64,000 bases of DNA from a bacterium (lineage in GTDB: Bacteria > Bacillota_I > Bacilli_A > RF39 > UBA660), in NCBI GenBank assembly GCA_044432745.1, contig JAWXUH010000001.1, positions 28,540-92,539 of the forward strand. The letters are read 5' to 3'. The notes beneath the pieces are model-generated. The model worked only from the letters and a program-made list of their open reading frames with translations, searched no databases and was not told where the DNA came from. Below are positions 8,616 to 18,732 of the stretch, in pieces. The position numbers were made by a program, and so were the translations under genes. Within the stretch, counting starts at the first letter, position 1; every line of letters starts with the position of its first letter.

Positions 8616-10403
8616 CTACTCTTCTTTTTCTTTTGTGTTTGTTTTATCAAACCAATTTTCTAAATGTTTTTTAAGTTCTATTGCTGTATCTTTTGGTAAT
8701 ATTTCACATAATTCTTCGATTGTAGCTTCGTTTATTTTTTTAATACTTCCATATTTTTTTAATAACTTTTCTTTTCTTACAATACCTACATTATTAACAC
8801 CGTCTAATATACTTTCAATAGCACCTTTAGATCTTATTTTTTTGTGATAATTTATAGCATATCTATGTACTTCATCTTGTATTCTTGTTAGATAAAAGAA
8901 TACATTTTTTTCTTCTTTTAAATCAATTTCTTCTAAAGTATCCCCATCTATCAATGCCTTGGTAGAATGTTTTTCATCTTTTTTAAGTCCTATTACTTTT
9001 ATTTTAAGATTTAAATCTTCTAATACACTTCTAGCTGCATTGATTTGATTAATTGCGCCATCAACTATTATTAAACTAGGTATCTCAAGTTTATCTACTA
9101 GTACTCTATAATACCTTCTATAAATTACTTCTTTCATCATATTGTAGTCATCGTTTTTGTCTAAACTTATTTTATATTTTCTATATTCATTTTTTTCTGG
9201 TTTACCATTTATAAATACTACCATTGCACTTACTGAGTAAGAACCAAATAAATTTGAGTTATCAAATGCATCTATTCGGTGTATAGGTATATTTAATAAT
9301 TCAGATAATCTATTATTAGCGCCTACAATTTTTTCCTCCTTTGTATATAAGAGTTTAATTTCATTTGTTAAATTTATTTTAGCGTTTTCTATAGTCATAT
9401 CAACTAATTTCTTTTTTTGTCCCTTGATGGGTGTTATTATTTTTGTATTCAATATTTCACTTATTACATCGTTAGATATATTATTTTGTACTAATATTTC
9501 TCTTGGTATTTCATGATTTTCATAAAAAGTTAATAAATATCTTGATATTTCATCTTCTAATGACGTTATAACATATATTATATTTGAATTATCTCCTACT
9601 ATTTTTCCATTTCTTATAAATAAAATATGTATAGCAACTACTCCATTTTCATAATAGTAACCTATGATATCTCTATTTATTAAATCACTTAATTCTACTT
9701 TTTGTTTAGTTGTAATTATATCTATATAATCAAGTTCACTTTTTAAATCTTGTGCTACTTCATAATTTAATTGTTCACTATAATAATCTATTTTTGATAA
9801 TATTTTATCTCTAAGTACTTTATCATTTCCTCTTAAAAAAGATAAAATTTCACTTTCCATATTATTTGTTTTTTCTTGGTCTATTTGTTTTACGCAGTAA
9901 CCTAAACATTCATCAATATGATAGTATAAACAAACTTCCTTAGGCATGTAATTACATTTTTTTAATGGATATATTCTATTAAGTAAATTTACAATTCTTC
10001 TAGCAGCATATGCATTTGGGTAAGGCCCAAATATATATTTATCACTACTTTTTTTAATTTTTAAATATCTAGATACTTTTAAAGATGGATATGGATATTT
10101 ATTATATTCAATGTATGGATACGATTTATCATCTTTTAGTAATATATTGTATTTAGGATTATATTTTTTTATTAAATTTAATTCCAGTATAAAAGCTTCA
10201 AGTTCACTTGAAGTTACTATGTATTTAAAATCTACTATTTCACTTACTAATAATTGTGTTTTACCTGTTACAGTACCTTTAAAATAACTATTAACTCTTT
10301 TTTTTAAATTCTTTGCCTTACCAACGTATATAATTATTCCATTTTTATCAATCATTTGATATGATCCTGGTTTATCTGGTATTAATAATAATTTTTCCTT
10401 CAT
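8616..10403 (-). CDS. uvrC: Excinuclease ABC subunit C.
   Basis: 595 aa. N-terminal GIY-YIG motif GSYQMIDKNGIIIYVGKAKNLKKRVNSYF. UvrBC-interacting and C-terminal RNase H-like/HhH regions are present. Confidence 0.9.
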   Translation of the reverse strand: MKEKLLLIPDKPGSYQMIDKNGIIIYVGKAKNLKKRVNSYFKGTVTGKTQLLVSEIVDFKYIVTSSELEAFILELNLIKKYNPKYNILLKDDKSYPYIEYNKYPYPSLKVSRYLKIKKSSDKYIFGPYPNAYAARRIVNLLNRIYPLKKCNYMPKEVCLYYHIDECLGYCVKQIDQEKTNNMESEILSFLRGNDKVLRDKILSKIDYYSEQLNYEVAQDLKSELDYIDIITTKQKVELSDLINRDIIGYYYENGVVAIHILFIRNGKIVGDNSNIIYVITSLEDEISRYLLTFYENHEIPREILVQNNISNDVISEILNTKIITPIKGQKKKLVDMTIENAKINLTNEIKLLYTKEEKIVGANNRLSELLNIPIHRIDAFDNSNLFGSYSVSAMVVFINGKPEKNEYRKYKISLDKNDDYNMMKEVIYRRYYRVLVDKLEIPSLIIVDGAINQINAARSVLEDLNLKIKVIGLKKDEKHSTKALIDGDTLEEIDLKEEKNVFFYLTRIQDEVHRYAINYHKKIRSKGAIESILDGVNNVGIVRKEKLLKKYGSIKKINEATIEELCEILPKDTAIELKKHLENWFDKTNTKEKEE

Positions 10404-10458
10404 GTGTTATATTATACTACAAAAATATTGAAAAATAAGATATAATATAAATGATTTT

Positions 10459-10812
10459 ATGAAATTATTAAATAAAGTGACTATAGAAGTCAAAAAATCT
10501 AAATTTATTGCTTATGCATATGAAGTTACAGATAAAGCTGAAGTTCAAATTCTTTTTGATACTTTGAAAAAAGAACATAAAAAAGCTAGACATATTCCAT
10601 ATGCTGTTAAAATAGATAATTATGTAAAGAAAAGTGATGATAAAGAACCACAAAATTCTTCTGGTCTTCCAATTTACAATATTATTGATAAAAACGATTT
10701 GAATAATATTGTTATTTTTGTTGTGCGTTTCTTTGGAGGTATTAAACTTGGTGTTGGTGGTCTTCATAGAGCATATGGTAATGCAGCTAAAGAAGTTATA
10801 GTAAAAAAATAA
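10459..10812 (+). CDS. IMPACT/YigZ family (UPF0029) N-terminal domain protein.
   Basis: 117 aa with KSKFIAYAYEV...FGGIKLGVGGLHRAYG, typical of the YigZ/IMPACT domain. Confidence 0.6.
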   Translation: MKLLNKVTIEVKKSKFIAYAYEVTDKAEVQILFDTLKKEHKKARHIPYAVKIDNYVKKSDDKEPQNSSGLPIYNIIDKNDLNNIVIFVVRFFGGIKLGVGGLHRAYGNAAKEVIVKK

Positions 10813-10816
10813 TTAT

Positions 10817-11059
10817 TTAAAACATTTTATCCATATTATTTGGAACTTCATCTTTCAGTATTTTATTAACTATTTTATCTGATTGTTCGTCAGTTACATT
10901 TTTTCCTGTTGCTTTAGATAATGTTTGTATTATGTCTTTTAATGTCCTTTCATCTTTCATATTTCCGTTTTGCAATTTATCTGCGAGTGATAATATTGTA
11001 TTCTTATCTACGTTTGTTTTTCTTTCTATTTTTTTAAATAAATTATCATCTAATTTCAA
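10817..11059 (-). CDS. spoVIF: Stage VI sporulation protein F-like small protein.
   Basis: 80 aa: MKLDDNLFKKIERKTNVDKNTILSLADKLQNGNMKDERTLKDIIQTLSKATGKNVTDEQSDKIVNKILKDEVPNNMDKMF. This matches the size and pattern of SpoVIF/YjcC. Confidence 0.5.
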   Translation of the reverse strand: MKLDDNLFKKIERKTNVDKNTILSLADKLQNGNMKDERTLKDIIQTLSKATGKNVTDEQSDKIVNKILKDEVPNNMDKMF

Positions 11060-11132
11060 AATTATTCCTCCTAAAATTAATATATGTTTAACTATAAATC
11101 TATGTTACAATATATATAAAGGAGTTTAAATT

Positions 11133-11411
11133 ATGTATAATAAATTAGACAAAGAAGAAAAAATAAAAGCTAAAGAAAAGTTCTTTTCTACTGATCAAGG
11201 ATTAATAATAAAAAAATCATTTAAACGCTTATTTTTCTTTATAACTATATTAATTTTATATTCTATATCTTTATATTTTTTTGGTGATGGTCAAACTTAT
11301 GAAAAATATATTATTGTATTTTGTATTATTAGTTGTTTTTGTATAATATTTTCTATGTGCAATATTTATAAAAAATCTATTAATACTTTTCTTGACAATA
11401 AAAAGAAATAA
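11133..11411 (+). CDS. Small hypothetical membrane protein (two TM helices).
   Basis: The ATG sits 8 nt after a strong SD AAAGGAG. The sequence has an N-terminal charged region followed by two hydrophobic helices. Confidence 0.4.
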   Translation: MYNKLDKEEKIKAKEKFFSTDQGLIIKKSFKRLFFFITILILYSISLYFFGDGQTYEKYIIVFCIISCFCIIFSMCNIYKKSINTFLDNKKK

Positions 11412-11414
11412 ATC

Positions 11415-12734
11415 TTATTGAGTTAGGATATATTTCTTTTTAAATGTTCTAATAATTACGCTATATAGCAATATTAGATGTGTAATATATATACATAATG
11501 AGTATTTTAGAGTAATAATAGATAATTGATTTTTTGATCCATATAAATATGTACTGAAGTCCCAGTTTAGTGTTAATAAAAATTTTAAACTTTCTATCTC
11601 ATTTATAATTATTTGTTGATTTATTATTTGACTTACCATAAATATAATCAACGTTATACATAAGGATAAAGCAGTATTAGGTACAAATATTGTTATTAAT
11701 ATAGATATTAATGCTAATATAATTATCACTGGCGTAAAAGCAATTAATAATTTAAATAAATATATAATTATGTAATCTTTTTCTAATAATAATGTACTTT
11801 CGTTAATCTTAACTACTGGTATTGCTAAGTCTCTAAAACTATATAAACTTCCAGCTATAATTGTGTTTATAAAAATTAATAGTATAGTAGTAAGTAAAGA
11901 TATTATAATTATAGTTAATATCTTTGTAAATAATATTTCTTCTCTCTTAAAAGGAGATGTTAATGTATTTTTTATTGTACCTGATTTAAATTCTGTTCCT
12001 AATATAGTAGATGATATAACTAATATAAATATTAATATATATTGAATATAATAGTCATAGAACAACTCTAAATTAGCTTTAGCATTATCTGTATTAAATA
12101 TATCTGTTTCGTTAAATATAGCATAGTTATTTAATGTTAATTCGTTTTCTAAATACGTATTGTTATCAAATAATATTTCATATTTCATATTTAAACTATT
12201 TTCTATTGCATCCATAACGTAATCTTCTATATTAGTTATGTTATTTTTCCAATAATTTAATAAATACAATTCATATTCTAAATACTCTTTCTTAGTAGTG
12301 CTAACTTTTGTATAATTTATCGTATTTAATAGTAACTCTATTTTCTTATCAAGGTATACATTATATAAATTATTTTCTATATTGTAATTAATTTCATTTA
12401 ATAAGTTTTCATTAATTGCATATAAATAATATTCATATATTTCATTATAATATATTTCTAAATAATCTTTTACCCAGTAAGAATCATTGCCTACCTTACC
12501 ATTTAAAATAAATAATTCTGTTAGTATTAATTCTACGTTACTGTCTTCATTAGATAATTGATCTTCTAAATAATTTATTTCTTCATCATAATTATTTGGT
12601 ATGTGCGTATTATTTAATTTATCAAAATACGTTATTGATATCATTAATATAGTCATGCATATTAAAAATATATATAACGTTTTTCCTTTAAGTACCTTAT
12701 ATATTTCATGTTTAAGTAACCTACTCAATTTCAT
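11415..12734 (-). CDS. ABC transporter permease (ABC-2-like), with a large N-terminal extracytoplasmic region and C-terminal TM bundle.
   Basis: 439 aa. Overlaps the stop of the ATPase gene. The start may be the TTG 6 nt downstream, because AGGAGGT is only 2 nt from the ATG. The C-terminal half is multi-pass hydrophobic. Confidence 0.55.
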   Translation of the reverse strand: MKLSRLLKHEIYKVLKGKTLYIFLICMTILMISITYFDKLNNTHIPNNYDEEINYLEDQLSNEDSNVELILTELFILNGKVGNDSYWVKDYLEIYYNEIYEYYLYAINENLLNEINYNIENNLYNVYLDKKIELLLNTINYTKVSTTKKEYLEYELYLLNYWKNNITNIEDYVMDAIENSLNMKYEILFDNNTYLENELTLNNYAIFNETDIFNTDNAKANLELFYDYYIQYILIFILVISSTILGTEFKSGTIKNTLTSPFKREEILFTKILTIIIISLLTTILLIFINTIIAGSLYSFRDLAIPVVKINESTLLLEKDYIIIYLFKLLIAFTPVIIILALISILITIFVPNTALSLCITLIIFMVSQIINQQIIINEIESLKFLLTLNWDFSTYLYGSKNQLSIITLKYSLCIYITHLILLYSVIIRTFKKKYILTQ

Positions 12735-13599
12735 TACCTCCTGCTAAATTCATAAATATTTCTTCTAATGTTTCTGTATTTTCTTTTATAGAATATATTT
12801 TAATTTTTTGTAATATTAATTTTTTTATTATTTTATTTATATCTTCTTTTTCTACTTCAATGATAAATGTTTTTCTTGTTTTTTTAATAATATTATCTAA
12901 TTTAATATTCATTGTATTTGAAACTTCAAATTTAAATGTTTTCTTCTTTTTAATGTACGAATAATCTAGTTGTTTTCCTTTAGATAATAGTAAGTATTTA
13001 TTACATATCGTGTCTAATTCATTTAGATTGTGACTAGATATTATTATACCTATTTTTTCTTTTGATAGATCTAATAATATATTTCTTAATTCAATTATAG
13101 CTTCAGGATCTAATCCATTTGTAGGCTCATCTAATATAATTAGATTAGGTTTATTTATTAATACTTTAGCTAATCCTAATCTTTGTTTCATTCCTAAAGA
13201 ATACTTTGATACTTTTTCATGTATAACTTTCTTTAAACCTAGTCTATCTATTATTAATTCAATATTTTCTCTATCTTCTTTTTTATACAAATTGGATATT
13301 AGCATCAAATTTGTATAACCTGTTAAATTTAAATGAAAATCTGGATTTTCTACTATCGCACCTACTCTATGTATTGCTGCTTTAAAATCTTTTTTAACAT
13401 TATGCCCATTAATATCTATAGATCCTTTTGTACTTTCTCCTAAACCTAAAATTATTTTTATTAATGTGGTCTTACCTGCTCCATTTGGTCCTATTAAAGC
13501 TAGAATATCTGTTTCTTCTATTTTAAATGATATATCATCTAAGACCTTTTTCTTTTTAAAACATTTTGTTACGTTACTACATTTTAATATAGTTTTCAT
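12721..13599 (-). CDS. ABC transporter ATP-binding protein.
   Basis: Walker A GPNGAGKTT, ABC signature LSLGMKQRL, Walker B LIILDEPTNGLD. The ATG at 13599 (MKTILKC) follows GAGGCAA. The ORF track start at 13626 is extended. Confidence 0.8.
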   Translation of the reverse strand: MKTILKCSNVTKCFKKKKVLDDISFKIEETDILALIGPNGAGKTTLIKIILGLGESTKGSIDINGHNVKKDFKAAIHRVGAIVENPDFHLNLTGYTNLMLISNLYKKEDRENIELIIDRLGLKKVIHEKVSKYSLGMKQRLGLAKVLINKPNLIILDEPTNGLDPEAIIELRNILLDLSKEKIGIIISSHNLNELDTICNKYLLLSKGKQLDYSYIKKKKTFKFEVSNTMNIKLDNIIKKTRKTFIIEVEKEDINKIIKKLILQKIKIYSIKENTETLEEIFMNLAGGNEIE

Positions 13600-13733
13600 A
13601 TAATTGCCTCGCTTTTTTAATAACATAAATAATATACATAAAAATATGTATTTAAATCAAATTACCAAAATTAATAATTGGAATATAATAGTAATTTAGG
13701 TATTACAAATTTACTTATTTTTTATACTTTTCG

Positions 13734-13766
13734 TCATAAAAAAATACCAAATTTTAATTTTGGTAT
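13734..13766 (-). terminator. Rho-independent terminator after alaS.
   Basis: Perfect 8-bp stem ATACCAAA/TTTGGTAT and then a T8 run on the minus strand, directly after the alaS TAA. Confidence 0.6.
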
Positions 13767-13778
13767 TTTATTAATTAT

Positions 13779-15554
13779 TTATATTAATTTAGCTTTGATT
13801 CTTCTTACACCTGATGATGAACTTTCTTCTTTCATTATTACGAATTCTCCAAGTTCACTTGTGTTTTCAACATGTGGTCCACCACATATTTCTTTAGAAT
13901 ATTTTCCTATTGTATAAACTTTTACTAATGAAGTATACTTACTATCAAAAATCCCTATTGCTCCTGATTTTTTAGCAGCTTCTAGTTCCATTTCTTCTAA
14001 TTGTACTTCAGTATTTGTTTTTATTATTTCATTTACTCTTTTTGTTATTATTTCTTTTTCTTCATCAGTCATTTTATGATCTAAATTAAAATCAAATCTA
14101 ATTCTCTCAGCGTTTATATTACATCCTTTTTGTATTACATCATCTCCGAATAATTCTTTTAATGATGCTAATAAAATATGTGCTAGCGTGTGATATTTAA
14201 CTGAATCATATGATTGGTCAGATAAACCACCTTTAGCTGCTCCACTTTCTATTGTTTTTGATTTTTCTTGATGATTTTTAAACTCTTGTGCAAATCCTTC
14301 TACATCTACTTCTAAATTGTTTTCTTTTGCAAGTTCTATTGTTATTTCTAGTGGAAATCCAAAAGTATCAAATAATTTAAATGCTTCTTTTGCATTTAAT
14401 ACTTTTTCTGTATTCTTAATTACTTTATAGAAATGTTTTTCTCCATCTCTTAAAGTTTTTGAAAATTTAGTAGCTTCTTTTGCCATTTCAGTTATTATAA
14501 ACTCTTCGTTTCTCTTTAATTCTGGATATTCAGAACCATAGTTTTCAATTACTAATTTAATTAATTTCTCTAATTCTGTACTTTCAATATTTAAAGTTCT
14601 AAGCGATCTTAATGTTCTTCTTATTAATCTTCTTAATACATATCCTGCTTCAGTATTAGATGGTACTATCTTCTTATCATCACCTAATATAAATGTAGCT
14701 GATCTTATATGATCCATTATAATTCTATAATCTTTTTTGTTATCATCATATTTTGTATTTGATAATTTTTCTATTTCTTTTTTAATTTTATTAAATTCTT
14801 CAAAATCATATACAGATTCTATATTATTTAAAACGCATACAGTTCTCTCAAGTCCCATACCTGTGTCTACATTTTTTTGCTCTAATGGTGTTAATGTACC
14901 ATCTTCACTTTTATAATATTGCATGAATACATCATTCCATATTTCTAAGTATTTACCACATGAACATGATGGATCACATTCTGCGCTACATGCTTCTTTA
15001 CCTGTATCGTAATACATTTCACTACATGGCCCACATGGTCCTATTCCTGAACCTAATATCCAAAAGTTGTCATCTTTTCCTAAATAGAAAATATGATCTT
15101 CTGGTACTCCTAAACTTTTCCATATATCAGCAGATTCTGTATCTTTTGGAATATTATCATCACCTTTAAAACAAGTAAAAAATAATTTTTCTTTTGGTAT
15201 ATTTAAATACTCTTCACTTGTTAAAAATTCATAACTATATTTAATAGCATCTTCTTTAAAATACTCTCCTAAACTCCAGTTTCCAAGCATTTCAAAAAAT
15301 GTTAAATGTGATGAATCTCCTACTGAATCAATGTCACTTGTTCTAATACATTTTTGTACGTTAGTTAATCTTTTTCCATTTGGATGAGATTCACCTAATA
15401 AAAATGGTACTAATGGATGCATCCCTGCAGTTGTAAATAGTACTGTAGGATCATTTTCTGGTATTAATGATCCTGATTCAATTCTACTATGTTGTTTACT
15501 TTCAAAGAAACTTATATATAAATCTCTTAATTCTTCTGTATTTAATTTTCTCAT
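13779..15554 (-). CDS. alaS: Alanine--tRNA ligase, short form lacking the C-terminal C-Ala/DHHA1 region.
   Basis: 591 aa. The N-terminal class II core FTTAGMHPLVPFLLG is present. So are the editing-domain motifs HTLAHILLAS and CGGPHV. The ORF ends at a strong terminator, so the shortness is not a frameshift. The ATG overlaps the upstream gene's stop (ATGA). Confidence 0.8.
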   Translation of the reverse strand: MRKLNTEELRDLYISFFESKQHSRIESGSLIPENDPTVLFTTAGMHPLVPFLLGESHPNGKRLTNVQKCIRTSDIDSVGDSSHLTFFEMLGNWSLGEYFKEDAIKYSYEFLTSEEYLNIPKEKLFFTCFKGDDNIPKDTESADIWKSLGVPEDHIFYLGKDDNFWILGSGIGPCGPCSEMYYDTGKEACSAECDPSCSCGKYLEIWNDVFMQYYKSEDGTLTPLEQKNVDTGMGLERTVCVLNNIESVYDFEEFNKIKKEIEKLSNTKYDDNKKDYRIIMDHIRSATFILGDDKKIVPSNTEAGYVLRRLIRRTLRSLRTLNIESTELEKLIKLVIENYGSEYPELKRNEEFIITEMAKEATKFSKTLRDGEKHFYKVIKNTEKVLNAKEAFKLFDTFGFPLEITIELAKENNLEVDVEGFAQEFKNHQEKSKTIESGAAKGGLSDQSYDSVKYHTLAHILLASLKELFGDDVIQKGCNINAERIRFDFNLDHKMTDEEKEIITKRVNEIIKTNTEVQLEEMELEAAKKSGAIGIFDSKYTSLVKVYTIGKYSKEICGGPHVENTSELGEFVIMKEESSSSGVRRIKAKLI

Positions 15555-16075
15555 TTTACTTCCTCTAATATTTTGAATACTTTATCTTTTAAAGTATCTA
15601 TGTTATCGTTTATTAATATATAGTCAAACCCTTCGAAATTTTCAAGTGCTATTTCTGTTATGTCTATTTGTTCTTCTACACTTAACTCATTAGCTTTAAA
15701 TTGATTTTCTACATTTATTGATATAACATCATCAAAATAATTTTGAAAAGTTTCAATTTCATTTGGTAATTTAACATCTGCTATTATTACGTTATCTACA
15801 AAATTTTCATAAATTGCTATATCTTGCATCATATTATTTACTAAATAATCACTATTTATTTCTCTTATTTTAGCCCCTATTTCCTGGAAATCTTTCATAA
15901 CTTTTGTAAGTTCATTTCCATTCCATTCTGTTAGTTCTTTTACAAATTTCTCAATGTTTTTCTCAAAATTAGTTATTGCGCATTTTTTATAATTATATAC
16001 ATAATACTCCTTAATTAATTTTGCAACCTCATTTTTTCCACTTGACGTTTTTCCTGATAATAAGAATATTTTCAT
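15551..16075 (-). CDS. P-loop NTPase or kinase-like protein, cotranscribed with alaS.
   Basis: Walker A LSGKTSSGKNEVAKLI. The ORF track start at 16084 is GTG. The ATG at 16075 (MKIFLL) sits 5 nt after GGTGG. Confidence 0.5.
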   Translation of the reverse strand: MKIFLLSGKTSSGKNEVAKLIKEYYVYNYKKCAITNFEKNIEKFVKELTEWNGNELTKVMKDFQEIGAKIREINSDYLVNNMMQDIAIYENFVDNVIIADVKLPNEIETFQNYFDDVISINVENQFKANELSVEEQIDITEIALENFEGFDYILINDNIDTLKDKVFKILEEVK

Positions 16076-16084
16076 AATATCCAC

Positions 16085-16280
16085 CTTTCTTTAATAAAAA
16101 AAAGAATCGCACACAAAGGAGTGCGTTAGCACGGTACCATCCTTTTATTTTCTTTATTCCTTTAACGACTTTGGCCGATTAATCAAAAAAAGTAGCTAGA
16201 TATATTTTGCATACTAATTTCCACCAAACATTAGCTCTCTATAAATTAAAACATGTCATTTCTTTTTTTATCGATTACTT
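16085..16280 (-). promoter_or_regulatory. T-box riboswitch leader (probably Ala-specific) controlling the P-loop gene and alaS.
   Basis: The minus-strand leader contains an AGAGAGCUAA Stem I element with a GCU triplet followed by A. The conserved T-box/antiterminator sequence AAAAGGAUGGUACCGUGC matches the consensus AANNAGGGUGGNACCGCG. A terminator hairpin CGCACUCCUUUGUGUGCG plus U8 ends immediately before the RBS. Confidence 0.6.
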
Positions 16281-16283
16281 ATT

Positions 16284-16312
16284 AAATATATCATATTACT
16301 AGGCTCTATTCA
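16284..16312 (-). promoter_or_regulatory. Sigma-A type promoter for the T-box/alaS transcript.
   Basis: On the minus strand, TTGAAT, a 17-nt spacer, then TATATT, about 10 nt upstream of the T-box leader. Confidence 0.4.
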
Positions 16313-16340
16313 ATAGATTTTTTTAAATTTATATTATTTT

Positions 16341-17360
16341 TTATAAATTTATACTTATTCCATATTCACAGGCTTCTTTTAGTATACTTTCTTTTCTAGA
16401 TAATCCAGTTTCTATTGATTCATTTACTTTTTCAATTGATATATTATATATTTGACATATCAATTCTATATATATATCTAAATTAATATTATCTAAATAA
16501 TTTAATATACTAAATTCTTTTCCTATAATGAAATTTGGAGTTTTTGATAAATTGAGTAACATTATTAACGGTGTTCCTAAATATAAATTGTATTCTATTC
16601 TTTTTAAGAAATCATCTTTCTCTATATTATTTGATAAACAATACTCATCTATATTTTCAATTATATGTAGTAATTCATCTAATTTTTCTTTAGGATTAAC
16701 ATTATGTATTGTACATTCTATTAATTCTTCTTCTAACATGCTTTTAAATACATGTTTAGCTTGTTCTAATTTGATAATTATTTCATTATAATTTACAGTC
16801 ATTTTTTTACAATATTCTTCTAACTCTACACCTTTATAATAAATTTTTTGACTTAATTCACTTTTTAATATTTCATATGCCATTATACTAGCTTTTGTTT
16901 CTGATAAACTTGGTTCTTTTAATTTTAGTTCATTTAATAAAACTAAAAATTTATCATAATTCAAATTTTCTTCTGTACATATTTTAATTGCAGATCTTCC
17001 ATTTATTTTGTATATTTTAGCAGCTGGTAATCTTTTATATTCAAGTGCTTTATCTACTAATTCTTCATCAGTTAGTCCTGGTTCAAGTGAACTAAATTCA
17101 ACTATTTTTTTAACTACAGTATTGTAAGGTAAATTATTATTTTTACAATATACTTCTAAAGGCATTTCATCTTTGAAGTATCTATTTTTTTGATCTTCAT
17201 ATTTTTTGTAATCTACCATTATTTCTGGTAATAAATCATTTAATGTTTTATATGGATTTTTAATCAATAATTTTTTCATTATTCTATACATTTTTGTATA
17301 TGAAAGATTATTAGCATCACAGTATGCTTTTAAACTTAATCCGTCTATGTTGTAATACAT
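16341..17360 (-). CDS. Hypothetical protein with three internal repeats of a motif of roughly 45 aa.
   Basis: 339 aa. The repeats are LSLKAYCDANNLSYTKMYRIM, LEVYCKNNNLPYNTVVKKI and LEEYCKKMTVNYNEIIIKL, each a YC-x-N-L/V-Y/N core. RBS AAGGAGGAG is upstream. Confidence 0.45.
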   Translation of the reverse strand: MYYNIDGLSLKAYCDANNLSYTKMYRIMKKLLIKNPYKTLNDLLPEIMVDYKKYEDQKNRYFKDEMPLEVYCKNNNLPYNTVVKKIVEFSSLEPGLTDEELVDKALEYKRLPAAKIYKINGRSAIKICTEENLNYDKFLVLLNELKLKEPSLSETKASIMAYEILKSELSQKIYYKGVELEEYCKKMTVNYNEIIIKLEQAKHVFKSMLEEELIECTIHNVNPKEKLDELLHIIENIDEYCLSNNIEKDDFLKRIEYNLYLGTPLIMLLNLSKTPNFIIGKEFSILNYLDNINLDIYIELICQIYNISIEKVNESIETGLSRKESILKEACEYGISINL

Positions 17361-17423
17361 TTTTCTTTTTTCTCCTCCTTGAGCAAGGTAACTATTATAT
17401 CACAAAAAAAGAAGTGATGCAAA

Positions 17424-18041
17424 TTATTCTTCATGTTTACTATATTTACATCCACAGTAATTTTGTCTATATAATTTGTATTCTTCTGCTAATATTATAC
17501 TTTTTTTATACCCTTCTTCTTTTTTAAAGTCACCTGCTAAATATTTTGATTTATCTTCTACTGCAAATCCTATTTCATTAATTAGTTTACTATTCTTATG
17601 TGGACTAACTGTTAAGGTAGTTGCGTAATATTCGTAGTTATTTTTACTTGCTATTAGGGATGTATATTCTAAACGTTGTTTAAAACATAAACTACATCTA
17701 CTTCCACCTTCTTTAGCATCATGGTGTTCTTTTACTATTTCTTCATATTTTTCATTATCGTAATCTGACTCAATATATTCTATTTTGTAATCACTTTTGT
17801 ATTCTTCTATTAATCTAATTTGCTCTTTTTTTCTTTTTTCATACTCTTCTATAGGTTCGATACATGGATTATAAAATACAATTGTTATATCAAAGTGCTT
17901 AATTAAAAAATTAATAACATAGCTTGAACATGGTCCGCAGCAACTATGTAAAAGAAGCGTAGGTCTATGATCTAAATTAGTAATTAATTTTTTTAGTTCT
18001 TCATTATAGTTCATTTTTCTATTCATATATATCAAAAACAT
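17424..18041 (-). CDS. queH: Epoxyqueuosine reductase QueH (DUF208).
   Basis: Motifs LLLHSCCGPCS and CSLC, typical of QueH. Several in-frame ATGs exist (M1, M6, M10). The true start is uncertain. Confidence 0.7.
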   Translation of the reverse strand: MFLIYMNRKMNYNEELKKLITNLDHRPTLLLHSCCGPCSSYVINFLIKHFDITIVFYNPCIEPIEEYEKRKKEQIRLIEEYKSDYKIEYIESDYDNEKYEEIVKEHHDAKEGGSRCSLCFKQRLEYTSLIASKNNYEYYATTLTVSPHKNSKLINEIGFAVEDKSKYLAGDFKKEEGYKKSIILAEEYKLYRQNYCGCKYSKHEE

Positions 18042-18732
18042 TTCCGTTATTAGAACTATCTAAATACAATATACCTTTTTTTGTTTCTATTTCTAATATT
18101 TTATTATAGTTAGAAAATTTTTCAAGATTAATTATATTTACATGTACTGTATTGGAATCATTCATTTTGAATATAAATCTCTCCTCATCAAGCATTATAT
18201 CATTTTTTATATTAGGTGCATACTCTATTTCACTTATTTTATAAATTAAATTTATATCTATTAAACTTAATTTATTTATAAAATTTTCTAGTACATCCTC
18301 TGGTGTGTAATTTACTAATGTAGGTAATCCTAATATGTTAGTTGAATCTATTTTATTATTTCCTTCTAAAATAATTTTATCTTCCTCTAAGTAATAAAAT
18401 AATGTTTTGTTTTCTGTTATATTTATTTCAAATGTTGAAAAGAATACTTTATCTACTTCAACATCTTTAACATATGCATTTTTTAAAATATTTTCTTTTA
18501 CTTTACTTACTTTAGTTGTAATGAATTTATTATCATCAGTTATACCACTATATTCTAACAACTCAGTATCATTTACTATACTATTACCTTTGAAGACTAC
18601 ATCATGTATTGGTTGATTTAATATAAATACTGTTACATTATATATAATAAAAACAACTGCAATTAATAGTAATACAATTTTAAATTTTAATTTTTTCTTT
18701 TTATTCTTATTTTCTTTCATAACTTGTCCCAT
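18019..18732 (-). CDS. ftsQ: Cell division protein FtsQ/DivIB.
   Basis: 237 aa. A Lys-rich N-terminus, one TM helix (IVLLLIAVVFIIY), then a POTRA-like extracytoplasmic domain. Located directly downstream of murG-murB. Confidence 0.6.
   Translation of the reverse strand: MGQVMKENKNKKKKLKFKIVLLLIAVVFIIYNVTVFILNQPIHDVVFKGNSIVNDTELLEYSGITDDNKFITTKVSKVKENILKNAYVKDVEVDKVFFSTFEINITENKTLFYYLEEDKIILEGNNKIDSTNILGLPTLVNYTPEDVLENFINKLSLIDINLIYKISEIEYAPNIKNDIMLDEERFIFKMNDSNTVHVNIINLEKFSNYNKILEIETKKGILYLDSSNNGNVFDIYE

Noticed and set aside
10468-10767. A 99-aa minus-strand ORF overlapping yigZ
   Set aside because: It is antisense to a conserved IMPACT-domain gene and has a low-complexity I/F/N composition.
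13678-13917. A 79-aa plus-strand ORF spanning the alaS terminator
   Set aside because: It crosses a strong terminator hairpin and the 3' end of alaS. It has no RBS.
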